A DNA stretch of 64,000 nt from a virus: IMG/VR virus record IMGVR_UViG_3300009159_000032; one strand, 5' to 3'. The translations under genes were made by a program, and so were the position numbers. The notes below the pieces were generated by a model. It was not told the origin of the DNA, did not search any database, and saw nothing but the letters and a program-made list of their open reading frames with translations. Below, piece after piece: positions 42,133 through 51,307 of this stretch (within the stretch, counting starts at the first letter, position 1; every line of letters starts with the position of its first letter).

Positions 42133-42999
42133 TTAGGCGAAAAAATTTGATGGATCAAATTGTATAGGTACACTAATTTGATCCTCAGTTACTCCGGCTT
42201 CTCGCATTTCGTCCGTAGTATCAATTACCATCGGCTTAGCAGTGTTATTCTCACGTAGAGTCTCTATATGATTTTTAATTTTGTCAAAAATTTCTTTGTC
42301 AGTATTAGTTAAGAATTCGTTGATAAATTTAGGATCGCTAGTAGCTCCTTGACTACTTTCAATATGATATACACTGTCATTGATAATACCAATAGTAAGT
42401 TGATTTAACTTAGCAAAACTTTCTTTAAATGCTTTAATTTTGTCTTCTTCGCTGACAGACTCGTCGTTAACTAATTGAATAATTTTTTGAGTTTCAAATG
42501 TCTGTAAGGCACTACTAGTCATAGTTTTATAATTGATAGGACGTACATACACAGTCAAATCTTCATTAATAGGAACTTCTTCAGTCCATGTAATTTGAGT
42601 CTGTAGTTGATCTAGTAATCTACGAAGATCAACTTGATACTCGCTGTTGAACTCTGCTATATTAATAGGAACAGTCATGTACTCGCCGTAGGTAGCAATA
42701 CGGATTGCTATCAATATTACATCAAGATCTAAATTTGGACACTGCCAAGCGTTCTTAATATTTGGCATACAGTTTTGAATAACATCGACTACTGCCTGAC
42801 CATTCATGAGAGCATCGGGAATTTTAAGAGCTAATTCGTCTTTAGCTGTCATTGAGTAAACAGGAAATTCTCCGCTTTCTGGTAAAACTAAACTTCCTTC
42901 AGGCCAAAAGTTTCCCCCGCTGGGTAAACGAATATAGATTTTAGGTTGGCGCATCATGCCCATTAAGGGATTTACTGCTGGTTGTTGCTGTGGAACCAT
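42133..42999 (-). CDS. gp26: Baseplate hub assembly/tail assembly chaperone, gp26-like
   Basis: RQPKIYIRLPSGG..PVYSMTAKDELALKIPDALMNGQA..IQNCMPNI..DLDVILIAIRIATYGE. Confidence 0.8.
   Translation of the reverse strand: MVPQQQPAVNPLMGMMRQPKIYIRLPSGGNFWPEGSLVLPESGEFPVYSMTAKDELALKIPDALMNGQAVVDVIQNCMPNIKNAWQCPNLDLDVILIAIRIATYGEYMTVPINIAEFNSEYQVDLRRLLDQLQTQITWTEEVPINEDLTVYVRPINYKTMTSSALQTFETQKIIQLVNDESVSEEDKIKAFKESFAKLNQLTIGIINDSVYHIESSQGATSDPKFINEFLTNTDKEIFDKIKNHIETLRENNTAKPMVIDTTDEMREAGVTEDQISVPIQFDPSNFFA
42139..42145 (-). other. -1 ribosomal slippery heptamer T-TTT-TTC
   Basis: Minus strand reads TCA AAT TTT TTC GCC TAA; the -1 frame reads TTT TTT CGC CTA AGG CTT TTG TCG and continues through the 72-aa ORF. 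Confidence 0.7.
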
Positions 43000-43012
43000 G
43001 TTTTAACTCTCC

Positions 43013-43049
43013 GATAAATAACTTTGTAAAACTCTGCGTAGTATTTATA
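43013..43049. promoter_or_regulatory. Face-to-face late promoters GATAAATA (+, tape measure) and TATAAATA (-, gp26)
   Basis: 43013-43020 on +; 43049..43042 on -. Confidence 0.7.
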
Positions 43050-43075
43050 TACGCACAGAACCCTGGAAAATAACA

Positions 43076-45139
43076 ATGGCAGAAGTAACTGGACGAATAG
43101 GCGACGCAGACGTTGCCCTAGATAACGCAGCAACAGAGACTACTCTCCGAGCTCTTCTCATGGCCACTACTGGTTCAAAAGCTGAATATAAAAAGCTAAT
43201 GGCCATGGCTAGCAAAACACTTGATCCAAAAAAAGTTGATGCCGCCAATCAATCGTTGAGTCAAAATTCAGCAGTTATGGCTAAAGCATCTGTAGCTGGA
43301 AAAGTACTAGGTAGTGCTTTTAGTATATTAGGTTCAGTGTTAGGTGATATTACTGCTAGTGCATTTAAAACTGTTGGTAATTTAACAGATTTTGCCAAAG
43401 AGTTATTCAATGGTACAGCAACAGTAAGCGGAATTTTTGCTGCATTTAAAGATTTGCCGTTTGGGCTAGGACTAGTTGCCGGACTGTTTGAAACATTGGC
43501 AAAAATAACTGAAGAAAATTTAAACGCCTTCAGGCAACTATCAAAAGTAGGAGTTAACCTTGGCGGCGATCTAAATCAAATTAGGGTAGTAGCAAGCTCT
43601 GTAGGTTTATCAATGCAAGAATATGGAGAAGTTATTGCTGCCAATTCTGAGACACTATCTTTACTAGGAAAAAATGCAGATGAAGGCGCTGCTGCATTTG
43701 TAAAAATTAATAAAGGACTTACTACAGGTAATCTAGCAAATCAGTTATTAAGTCTTGGTTACGGATTTAGAGATATCAATGAACTCACTGCTAGTTATAT
43801 CAAAATCAACGGCGGCTTAACTGCATCGCAGTTAAAGAATACTAATCAAGTACAGCAGTCAGTTATTAACTACGGTAAAGAATTAGATGTGTTGGCACGA
43901 TTAACTGGAAAAAGTCGAGAGGCCCTGCAAAAGCAACAAGAAGAACAGGCTGCTGATTTAAACTTCCAATCATATCTTAATGGACTAGATGAAAATGAAA
44001 GAGAAAAAGCTAATGCTGCATTACAACTGGCAATGCAGAGTGGGGGCAAAGGCGCTGCTGACGCACTTAAATCTAAACTGATGGGACTACCTCCACTTAC
44101 TGAAGAAGCTCAAATGTATGTTGCAACCATGCAGGCTGGCGGTAAAAGTGTAGATGATTTTGCTGCAATAGTTAAAAATGGCAAAACTCTACAACAGAGT
44201 CAGAATCAATTAGACAAAGCCTTCAGTCAAGCAGTTGCTGGAAATATTAAAGACTTGAAACAATTTGAAACAGTTCTACGAGCTGGAGGAATGACTGGAG
44301 ATAAATTTTCTTCTACTCTGCAAGGTGTCCAAGCCGCAACAACTTCTTACATGCAACGAGGTATGACTGAAGAAGCTGCAATTCAACGAGCTTTAAATGA
44401 TGCAAGGAAAAAACAAATTGCACAAGAAAAGTCGGGTGCAGCACAAGCAGCTGAATCTGAAAGAGCATTGAAAGCTTTGAGTTCAGAGCTTATTGGAGCT
44501 ATGTTGCCTGTGTTCCAGGCGTTAACTCCTCTAGTACAAGATCTAGCACAAAAATTTATGGGCTTTGCTAGTAAGAATATGCCAATGATAACTGATGTTC
44601 TTACTAAATTTGTAACGGCTGTGGCAGACTTTCTTAAAGATTTATTTTCTCCTGGCGGCGTAGATCGCACCATGAAAAAAATAGAAGGTTGGATTGAATT
44701 GTTAGTTGGTAAAGTAATGGATATGATTTTAAAGAAGTTAAATCCGTTTCACGTTGATCTAACACCAGATCAACAAAGAGCTAGTGAACAGATGCGACAA
44801 AACCAAGAGAGTGGACTAACTGAAACTCCTGGGTTAGGGGCTTATGCCAGCGGTGGTATTACTAATAAACCGTCAATTTTTGGAGATGCGGGTTGGGAAG
44901 CAGCAGTTCCGTTACCAGATGGTAGAACTATCCCTGTAACTTTAAAAATGCCAGACCAACCAACCAATGTAGGTATGTCCAGTGTATCTAATAATACAGA
45001 CTCTAAAGATCTGTTAGACGAGCTACAACTGTTAAATAAGAACATAGCAACACTGATTACACATTCTAAAGCTAATGTAGATCTTGGACGAAGTAACCTT
45101 GATGCTCTTAAAGGATTGAACGGCAACCTGTTCGCATAA
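43076..45139 (+). CDS. Tape measure protein (gp29-like)
   Basis: Ala/Gln/Lys-rich helical 687 aa; C-terminal YASGGI....FGDAGWEAAVPLPDG motif typical of tape measures; divergent from the chaperone gene. Confidence 0.75.
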   Translation: MAEVTGRIGDADVALDNAATETTLRALLMATTGSKAEYKKLMAMASKTLDPKKVDAANQSLSQNSAVMAKASVAGKVLGSAFSILGSVLGDITASAFKTVGNLTDFAKELFNGTATVSGIFAAFKDLPFGLGLVAGLFETLAKITEENLNAFRQLSKVGVNLGGDLNQIRVVASSVGLSMQEYGEVIAANSETLSLLGKNADEGAAAFVKINKGLTTGNLANQLLSLGYGFRDINELTASYIKINGGLTASQLKNTNQVQQSVINYGKELDVLARLTGKSREALQKQQEEQAADLNFQSYLNGLDENEREKANAALQLAMQSGGKGAADALKSKLMGLPPLTEEAQMYVATMQAGGKSVDDFAAIVKNGKTLQQSQNQLDKAFSQAVAGNIKDLKQFETVLRAGGMTGDKFSSTLQGVQAATTSYMQRGMTEEAAIQRALNDARKKQIAQEKSGAAQAAESERALKALSSELIGAMLPVFQALTPLVQDLAQKFMGFASKNMPMITDVLTKFVTAVADFLKDLFSPGGVDRTMKKIEGWIELLVGKVMDMILKKLNPFHVDLTPDQQRASEQMRQNQESGLTETPGLGAYASGGITNKPSIFGDAGWEAAVPLPDGRTIPVTLKMPDQPTNVGMSSVSNNTDSKDLLDELQLLNKNIATLITHSKANVDLGRSNLDALKGLNGNLFA

Positions 45140-45142
45140 ACT

Positions 45143-46846
45143 ATGTCTTGGAAAAAATACTTTACACCTGTTAATACATCTGGATCCCTAAGTCCGTTGA
45201 GCGGATCTGACTACAAACCTACAGGTAGCAAACTAAATTACAGCAGTTACTTGCCAGATGTTTATTCTGGATTTCCAAATCGTGTTGATCGTTATAATCA
45301 GTACGATACTATGGACACAGACAGCGAAGTTAATGCTGCCTTAGATATTCTAGCAGAGTTTTGTACACAGCTAAACGAAGAAAACTCTACACCTTTTCAA
45401 ATCTTTTTCAAAGATCAAGCTACTCCGACTGAAGTTAAAATTATTAAAAAATATCTACAGCAGTGGACTAGATTAAACAAATTTCAAAAACGTATCTTCA
45501 AAATTGTTCGCAATGCGTTCAAGTACGGAGATGCGTTCTTTATTAGAGATCCAGAAACTAATGCTTGGTTCTACGTTGATGCAAATAAAGTTGATAAAAT
45601 TATTGTCAACGAGTCAGAAGGCAAGAAACCTGAGCAGTATGTTATCCGTGATTTGAATATAAACTTTGCTAACTTGTCTGCTACGCAGATTAGTCCTAAC
45701 AGTACTAATGCACCTATTCCTAGTGCTTACTCCGGACAGAGTGGCGGCTCACGTGCTATGACAGGCAGTTATCCTACAAACGTAGGAACACGTTTTCAAA
45801 TGAATCAAAACCAGTGGGCAATCAATGCTGAACACGTAATTCATTTGTCAATGAGCGAAGGGCTAGACAACAATTATCCTTTTGGAAACAGTCTTTTAGA
45901 GTCAATTTTCAAAGTCTACAAGCAGAAAGAATTGCTAGAAGATGCTATCATTATCTATCGTGTACAACGTGCTCCTGAGCGTAGAGTGTTCTATATTGAC
46001 GTAGGAAACATGCCTAGTCATTTGGCAATGAGCTTTGTAGAACGTGTTAAAAACGAAGTAAATCAACGCCGTATCCCTAGTGTTACTGGTGGCGGACAGA
46101 GTGTAGTTGACAGCAGTTATAATCCGTTGAGTATCAATGAAGATTATTTTTTCCCGCAGACTTCAGAAGGTCGCGGATCAAAAGTTGAAATTTTACCCGG
46201 CGGAACTAACCTAGGAGAAATTGATGATCTTAGATATTTCACTAATAAACTTTTTAGAGCCCTTCGTATACCTAGCTCTTATCTGCCTACTGGCCCGGAT
46301 GATGGAGGTAGTTCTTTCAATGATGGACGAGTAGGCACTGCTTACATTCAAGAACTGCGTTTTAACAAATACTGTGAACGTTTACAGAGTCTGTTAAACG
46401 AATCATTTGACTTGGAATTTAAAACTTACCTAATGAAAAAAGGTATAAACTTTGATCCAAACGTATTTGAATTACAGTTTAATCCTCCGCAGAATTTTGC
46501 TAGCTATCGTCAAACTGAAATGGACACAGCACGGATCACGGGCTTCACACAGATGATTGCCATTCCTCAAATCAGTAAACGTTTTGCCCTTAAACGCTTC
46601 TTAGGATTGACCGCAGAAGAGATGGCAGAGAACGAAGATCTCTGGAAAGAAGAAAACGGTTTGGACAAGAAAGCAGTTAGTGCCAGTGCTGAACTGCGTG
46701 GTGCAGGAGTTACATCAGGCGGCATGGAAGCTGATATGACTGGACTTGATCAAGCTGGGGAATTACCTCCAGAAGGTGCCGACCCTGCTGCTACTGCTGC
46801 AAATCAACCTGCTGGACAAACACCGGCTCCTCCACCGCCTGCTTAA
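45143..46846 (+). CDS. gp20: Portal protein, T4 gp20-like
   Basis: KQKELLEDAIIIYRVQRAPERRVFYIDVGNMP..EDYFFPQ..GRGSKVEILPGG.NLGEIDDLRYF..LFRALRIPSSYL. Confidence 0.95.
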   Translation: MSWKKYFTPVNTSGSLSPLSGSDYKPTGSKLNYSSYLPDVYSGFPNRVDRYNQYDTMDTDSEVNAALDILAEFCTQLNEENSTPFQIFFKDQATPTEVKIIKKYLQQWTRLNKFQKRIFKIVRNAFKYGDAFFIRDPETNAWFYVDANKVDKIIVNESEGKKPEQYVIRDLNINFANLSATQISPNSTNAPIPSAYSGQSGGSRAMTGSYPTNVGTRFQMNQNQWAINAEHVIHLSMSEGLDNNYPFGNSLLESIFKVYKQKELLEDAIIIYRVQRAPERRVFYIDVGNMPSHLAMSFVERVKNEVNQRRIPSVTGGGQSVVDSSYNPLSINEDYFFPQTSEGRGSKVEILPGGTNLGEIDDLRYFTNKLFRALRIPSSYLPTGPDDGGSSFNDGRVGTAYIQELRFNKYCERLQSLLNESFDLEFKTYLMKKGINFDPNVFELQFNPPQNFASYRQTEMDTARITGFTQMIAIPQISKRFALKRFLGLTAEEMAENEDLWKEENGLDKKAVSASAELRGAGVTSGGMEADMTGLDQAGELPPEGADPAATAANQPAGQTPAPPPPA

Positions 46847-46854
46847 GATAAATA
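46847..46854 (+). promoter_or_regulatory. Late promoter GATAAATA
   Basis: Immediately after the portal stop, 5 nt before ATG 46860. Confidence 0.7.
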
Positions 46855-46859
46855 TTCGT

Positions 46860-47099
46860 ATGCTATTAAACGAATTCATTTATTTCAACAGCACTAACGC
46901 CGATCTAAAGGATGACGAGCGATATAATCCTTTAGAAGATACTAGTGTAATCACAGCTAAGGATCTACGTAAGACTAGATTAACGCTAGATATGATTAAT
47001 AATCTACGTAAAGCAGGCGATGCTAGAGAAAAAGAGCAGAAAGAGCATCTTGATTTTGTTAAAATCATGTATGCAACACCTGCAGAAGCTCCTGCTTAA
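46860..47099 (+). CDS. Small prohead core protein candidate (gp67/68 position), 79 aa
   Basis: MLLNEF..RKTRLTLDMINNLRK; ATG 46860 lies 5 nt after GATAAATA. The track start 46746 overlaps the portal. Confidence 0.7.
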   Translation: MLLNEFIYFNSTNADLKDDERYNPLEDTSVITAKDLRKTRLTLDMINNLRKAGDAREKEQKEHLDFVKIMYATPAEAPA

Positions 47100-47129
47100 A
47101 ATAGCATAAGTTAATTTTTGCAGACGTTT

Positions 47130-47242
47130 TATAAATATTTCTGCAAAACAAATCAAAAGTGATTTAAAAAATCATGCCTCTCTGTCAGAAACGACTCGTT
47201 TTTGGCCTATTTCACATAACTAATTTAACTTGGCTGTAAATA
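47130..47242 (+). promoter_or_regulatory. Tandem late promoters TATAAATA (47130-47137) and TGTAAATA (47235-47242) for the head operon
   Basis: Both intergenic, each inside an inverted repeat. Confidence 0.7.
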
Positions 47243-47283
47243 CATCGACAGCCTTGCCGCATCTAATTAAGGAGAAAACCGCA

Positions 47284-48285
47284 ATGTCTAACAAGTTTGA
47301 ACAACTATTAGATTATCTTGTCAACGAAGAAATGGATAAGGCCAATGAATTATTCCATGAAATCGTTGTAGAGAAGTCTAGAGAAATTTACGAAAATATG
47401 ATCGCTGAAGAAGCGGACGAAGATGAATTAACCAAAGAAGCCCAACAAGACGACATGGACGAATCCATGGCCGAACCTGTTGAAGAAGAAACCACACTAG
47501 AAATTGGTGGGGATCAAGCTGATGGCCTACCAACTGATACTATGGATCCAATGTCTATGGGCATGGACGATTCAGAAGATGAAGAGCCAGGTATGGACGG
47601 CGACCTAGGTGGTATGGGTGGCGGAAGTTTAGAAGATAAAGTATTCGATCTAGAAGCTGAATTTGAAAAACTACAAGCTGACTTTGCTGCTCTTAAGGGC
47701 GACGAAAAGAGTGAGCCAGAGCACAGCGACGGTGAAGCTGATCCAGAATTTGGACCTTCAGACGACGATGAAGGCGGCGACGAAGACGGCGAAGACGGCG
47801 ACGAAGAAAAAGAAAACATGTACAGCGAACGTATGCTTACCCGTGAATATGTTGAGAAAGTCGGCAACGATTGGGACAACAAAAGTTCAATGAGAACACC
47901 AGGTCCAGTAGGTTCTGGCTCAGGTGACAAAGCTGGACAGACATCTGTTGATGGTAAAAGAAGTGTAGTTAGCTCTGCTAGCGGACGTCCTACAACCAAA
48001 GCCTCTGCACACAATATTCTACAAGGTGGAGTAGGTGAAGGCAACAATACAGGAACAAGTCCAAATGGTAAAACAGGTGGTCTAGTTGGTAATGTCAAAG
48101 GTGAATTTACCAATGGCGGTACACACAATGTTAACAATGTTAAGTCCGGTGTTAAAACACTAAAAGGACAAACAGGTTGGCCTAACAACAACAAATCAGC
48201 TGGTCCAGTAGGTTCTGGGTCAGGGGACAAAGCAGGACAGACATCTGTAACAGGTACCAAGTCTATCCTAGACAAAGCCCAATAA
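47284..48285 (+). CDS. Acidic prohead core/scaffold-like protein (gp67/68 position)
   Basis: SD AAGGAG before ATG 47284; MSNKFEQLLDYLVNEE; very acidic middle; G/S/T/K/N-rich tail with a duplicated 16-aa motif. Confidence 0.75.
   Translation: MSNKFEQLLDYLVNEEMDKANELFHEIVVEKSREIYENMIAEEADEDELTKEAQQDDMDESMAEPVEEETTLEIGGDQADGLPTDTMDPMSMGMDDSEDEEPGMDGDLGGMGGGSLEDKVFDLEAEFEKLQADFAALKGDEKSEPEHSDGEADPEFGPSDDDEGGDEDGEDGDEEKENMYSERMLTREYVEKVGNDWDNKSSMRTPGPVGSGSGDKAGQTSVDGKRSVVSSASGRPTTKASAHNILQGGVGEGNNTGTSPNGKTGGLVGNVKGEFTNGGTHNVNNVKSGVKTLKGQTGWPNNNKSAGPVGSGSGDKAGQTSVTGTKSILDKAQ
47902..48248 (+). repeat. 47-bp direct repeat, two copies exactly 300 bp apart (47902-47948, 48202-48248)
   Basis: 44/47 identical; encodes GPVGSGSGDKAGQTSV twice. 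Confidence 0.9.
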
Positions 48286-48298
48286 TTGAGAATTTGAG

Positions 48299-48925
48299 AT
48301 GCTATATCTTAGAGAACATTTAAGTTTTGATCAAGCAGGAGTCGTATTAGAGTCCGATGACAAGGATGGCAAGAACCTTTATCTAAAAGGTATTGCCATC
48401 CAAGGCGGTATTCGCAATGCTAATCAACGGGTTTACCCAGTTGACGAGATTGAGCGAGCTGTAAAAACTCTAAATGATCAAATACAAGAAGGCTATAGCG
48501 TTCTCGGAGAAGTAGATCATCCTGATGATCTAAAAGTAAATTTAGACCGTGTGTCCCATATGATTACTCAAATGTGGATGGAAGGTCCAAATGGTTATGG
48601 AAAGATGAAAATCCTTCCTACTCCGATGGGCAACTTAATTAGAACAATGCTCGAAAGCGGTGTAAAACTTGGCGTAAGTTCACGTGGCAGCGGTAACGTT
48701 AGCGACATGAGTGGCCATGTATCTGATTTTGAGATTATCACTGTTGATATAGTTGCACAACCTAGTGCGCCAGGAGCTTATCCTACACCGGTCTATGAAC
48801 ACCTGATGAACAGTCGTGGTGGCAATAGAGCAGTAAGGGTGGCACACGAGGTAAAAGAAGATCCTAAAGCCCAGAAGCATCTCCGTGAGGCGATGCTTAA
48901 CATAATAAATGGTTTAAAAACCTAA
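48299..48925 (+). CDS. gp21: Prohead core protease, T4 gp21-like
   Basis: NANQRVYP..LGEVDHPDD..VSHMI..GKMKILPTPMG..LGVSSRGSG..FEIITVDIVAQPSAPGA. Confidence 0.95.
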   Translation: MLYLREHLSFDQAGVVLESDDKDGKNLYLKGIAIQGGIRNANQRVYPVDEIERAVKTLNDQIQEGYSVLGEVDHPDDLKVNLDRVSHMITQMWMEGPNGYGKMKILPTPMGNLIRTMLESGVKLGVSSRGSGNVSDMSGHVSDFEIITVDIVAQPSAPGAYPTPVYEHLMNSRGGNRAVRVAHEVKEDPKAQKHLREAMLNIINGLKT

Positions 48926-48936
48926 GGAGACAAGCG

Positions 48937-50037
48937 ATGTTGGACGCATTCAAGAAGCTGGTCGAAAGTGGCATGATGTCAGAGGACGTAAAGTCTGAGA
49001 TTGAAACTGCATTTAATCAGAAAATTCAAGAAAACCGCGATCTAGTCACCGCTGAACTACGTGAAGAGTTTGCCCAACGATACAGTCACGATAAGACTGT
49101 TATGGTTGAGGCACTTGACAAAATGATCAGCGAGAGATTGGTCGCAGAAATGGCTGAGCTTGCAGAAGATAAGAAATCTTTAATTGAAACTAAAGTAGCT
49201 TATCAACGCAAGATGAATGAAGATGCTAGTGTACTAGAATCTTTTATCATGAATCAGCTAGGTAAAGAACTTGTAGAATTCCAAAATGATCGTAGAAAAG
49301 TTAGCGAGAATTTTGAAAAACTAGAACAGTTCATTGTAACTGCACTAGCAAGAGAGATTAATGAATTTGCCGTTGACAAACGTGATCTAGCCGAAACGAA
49401 AGTTAAACTAGTACGTGAAGCAAAATCACAATTTGATGATCTTAAGAAACAATTCGTTACACGCAGTGCCGCAATTGTGAAAGAGACTGTAGAACAAAAA
49501 TTAACATCAGAAATGAGACAACTCAAAGAAGATATCGATTCTGCACGTCAAAACGCATTCGGTCGCCGTTTATACGAAGCATTTGCACAAGAGTTTAGCA
49601 CAAGCTATCTAAACGAAAAATCTGAAACAGCAAAACTGTTAAAGATTATTGAGAAGAAAGATGTTGAGCTAGCTGAAGCAAAATCTGTTGTTACTGAAAA
49701 AGCAAAATTAGTAGAATCTAAGGATCGCGAAATTCGCGTTGCTCAAGATGTTGCTAAACGCAAAGAAGTAATGGCAGAACTGTTAGCACCGTTAGGTGCT
49801 GAACAAAAGGGAATCATGAAAGAATTGCTAGAGTCTGTACAGACTGCAAAACTTAATGAATCGTTTGACAAATACCTACCAGCAGTTATGGAAGGCAACA
49901 TCAAGAAAGTTACTAAGGCTCCTGCCAAAGAGATGATTACTGAAGGTGCAGAAATAACTGGAGATCGTGAAAATAAACAGCCACAGGTAGGCTTAGATAA
50001 CATTTTAGATATCCGCAAATTAGCGGGTCTAAAATAA
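48937..50037 (+). CDS. gp22: Prohead scaffolding protein, T4 gp22-like
   Basis: Glu/Lys-rich coiled coil between protease and capsid; SD AAGGAG. Confidence 0.85.
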   Translation: MLDAFKKLVESGMMSEDVKSEIETAFNQKIQENRDLVTAELREEFAQRYSHDKTVMVEALDKMISERLVAEMAELAEDKKSLIETKVAYQRKMNEDASVLESFIMNQLGKELVEFQNDRRKVSENFEKLEQFIVTALAREINEFAVDKRDLAETKVKLVREAKSQFDDLKKQFVTRSAAIVKETVEQKLTSEMRQLKEDIDSARQNAFGRRLYEAFAQEFSTSYLNEKSETAKLLKIIEKKDVELAEAKSVVTEKAKLVESKDREIRVAQDVAKRKEVMAELLAPLGAEQKGIMKELLESVQTAKLNESFDKYLPAVMEGNIKKVTKAPAKEMITEGAEITGDRENKQPQVGLDNILDIRKLAGLK

Positions 50038-50063
50038 TTTAATATTCAAGGAGAAGACATAAA

Positions 50064-51239
50064 ATGTCACAACTATTAAATGAAAGATGGTCAGAGACCA
50101 AAGAAGCTCTGCTTGAAGGCCTATCAGGTAACCGCAAGTCTTCTATGAGCGTTTGCTTAGAGAATACACGCAAGTACTTGGCTGAAAGTGCAACTTCTGG
50201 AGCTACAAGCTCTGGTAATATCGCAACACTTAACCGTGTTATCCTTCCAGTAATTCGTCGTGTTATGCCGACAGTTATTGCTAACGAAATCGTTGGTGTT
50301 CAGCCAATGACAGGCCCAGTTGCCCAGATCCACACTCTACGTGTTCGCTATGCTGATACCAGCAGTGGTGACAGCGTAATGGCTGGTGAAGAAGCACTAA
50401 GCCCATTCAAAATTGCTGCTGGTTACTCTGGCGCAGGTTCTACTGGTAAGGCTCAAACAACAGCCGTACTAGAAGGCCAACCAGGTAAGCGTATGAGCAT
50501 TCAAATCTTGAAAGCACCAGTCGAAGCTAAGTCACGCAAGCTATCAGCTCGTTGGACATTCGAAGCTGCTCAAGATGCTCAAGCAATGCAAGGTATTGAC
50601 ATCGAAGCAGAAATCATGGCTGCTCTTGCTCAAGAAATCACAGCTGAAATTGACCAAGAAGTTCTAGCTTCTTTACGTAGTCTAGGCACAGTTGAACAAA
50701 CTTATGACCAAGCTAGCGTATCTGGTACAGCTACATTCGTTGGTGATGAACACGCTGCTCTAGCTGTTCAAATCAACCGTGTTGCTAACTTGATTGCACA
50801 GCGTACACGTCGTGGTGCTGCTAACTGGGCTGTTGTTTCTAACCAAGCTCTTACAATTCTACAAAGTGCTACAACAAGTGCATTTGCTCGTACCACAGAA
50901 GGTACATTCGAAGCTCCTACAAACACCAAGTTTGTTGGTACATTGAACAATGCAATGCGTATCTATGTTGACGCATATCTTGCTGATACAGACGACAACA
51001 ACCAATGTCTAATTGGTTACAAAGGACCATCTGAAGCAGATGCAGCGGCATTCTATTGCCCTTACATTCCTCTAATGAGTTCTGGTGTTGTTCTTGACCC
51101 AGCAACCTTTGAACCAGTAGTTGGCTTCTTAACACGCTACGGCTATGTTGAGTTGACAAACACTGCTAGTTCTTTAGGTAACGCTGCTGACTACCTAGGC
51201 AAAGTGGCTATCACTTCTGCTAACGTTAGCTTCCGTTAA
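50064..51239 (+). CDS. gp23: Major capsid protein, T4 gp23-like
   Basis: LPVIRRVMPTVIANEIVGVQPMTGPVAQIHTLR; KSRKLSARWTFEAAQD; AFYCPYIPL..DPATFEPVVGFLTRYG. Confidence 0.97.
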   Translation: MSQLLNERWSETKEALLEGLSGNRKSSMSVCLENTRKYLAESATSGATSSGNIATLNRVILPVIRRVMPTVIANEIVGVQPMTGPVAQIHTLRVRYADTSSGDSVMAGEEALSPFKIAAGYSGAGSTGKAQTTAVLEGQPGKRMSIQILKAPVEAKSRKLSARWTFEAAQDAQAMQGIDIEAEIMAALAQEITAEIDQEVLASLRSLGTVEQTYDQASVSGTATFVGDEHAALAVQINRVANLIAQRTRRGAANWAVVSNQALTILQSATTSAFARTTEGTFEAPTNTKFVGTLNNAMRIYVDAYLADTDDNNQCLIGYKGPSEADAAAFYCPYIPLMSSGVVLDPATFEPVVGFLTRYGYVELTNTASSLGNAADYLGKVAITSANVSFR

Positions 51240-51259
51240 TCCAAATAGGATTACAATAC

Positions 51260-51286
51260 AAAACCCGCTTCGGCGGGTTTTCTTTT
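51260..51286 (+). terminator. Rho-independent terminator after the major capsid gene
   Basis: AAAACCCGC-TTCG-GCGGGTTTT followed by CTTTT. Confidence 0.9.
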
Positions 51287-51295
51287 GGACGTAAA

Positions 51296-51303
51296 AATAA
51301 ATA
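51296..51303 (+). promoter_or_regulatory. Late promoter AATAAATA (hydroxylase)
   Basis: After the capsid terminator, 4 nt before ATG 51308. Confidence 0.65.
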
Positions 51304-51307
51304 GACC

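Noticed and set aside
37722-47283. ORF-track 5' extensions (28076, 37722, 46746, 47230)
   Set aside because: They overlap upstream genes or promoters; downstream ATGs (28037, 37779, 46860, 47284) fit SD, promoter or coupling evidence better.
47514-48275. 253-aa antisense ORF
   Set aside because: Shadow of the low-complexity core protein on the + strand; no SD or promoter; Pro/Ser/Leu composition is what the reverse complement of Gly/Asp/Glu codons gives.
37779-51239. Inteins or introns in gp46, portal or capsid genes
   Set aside because: Continuous motifs and expected lengths; no C/S...HN intein termini seen.
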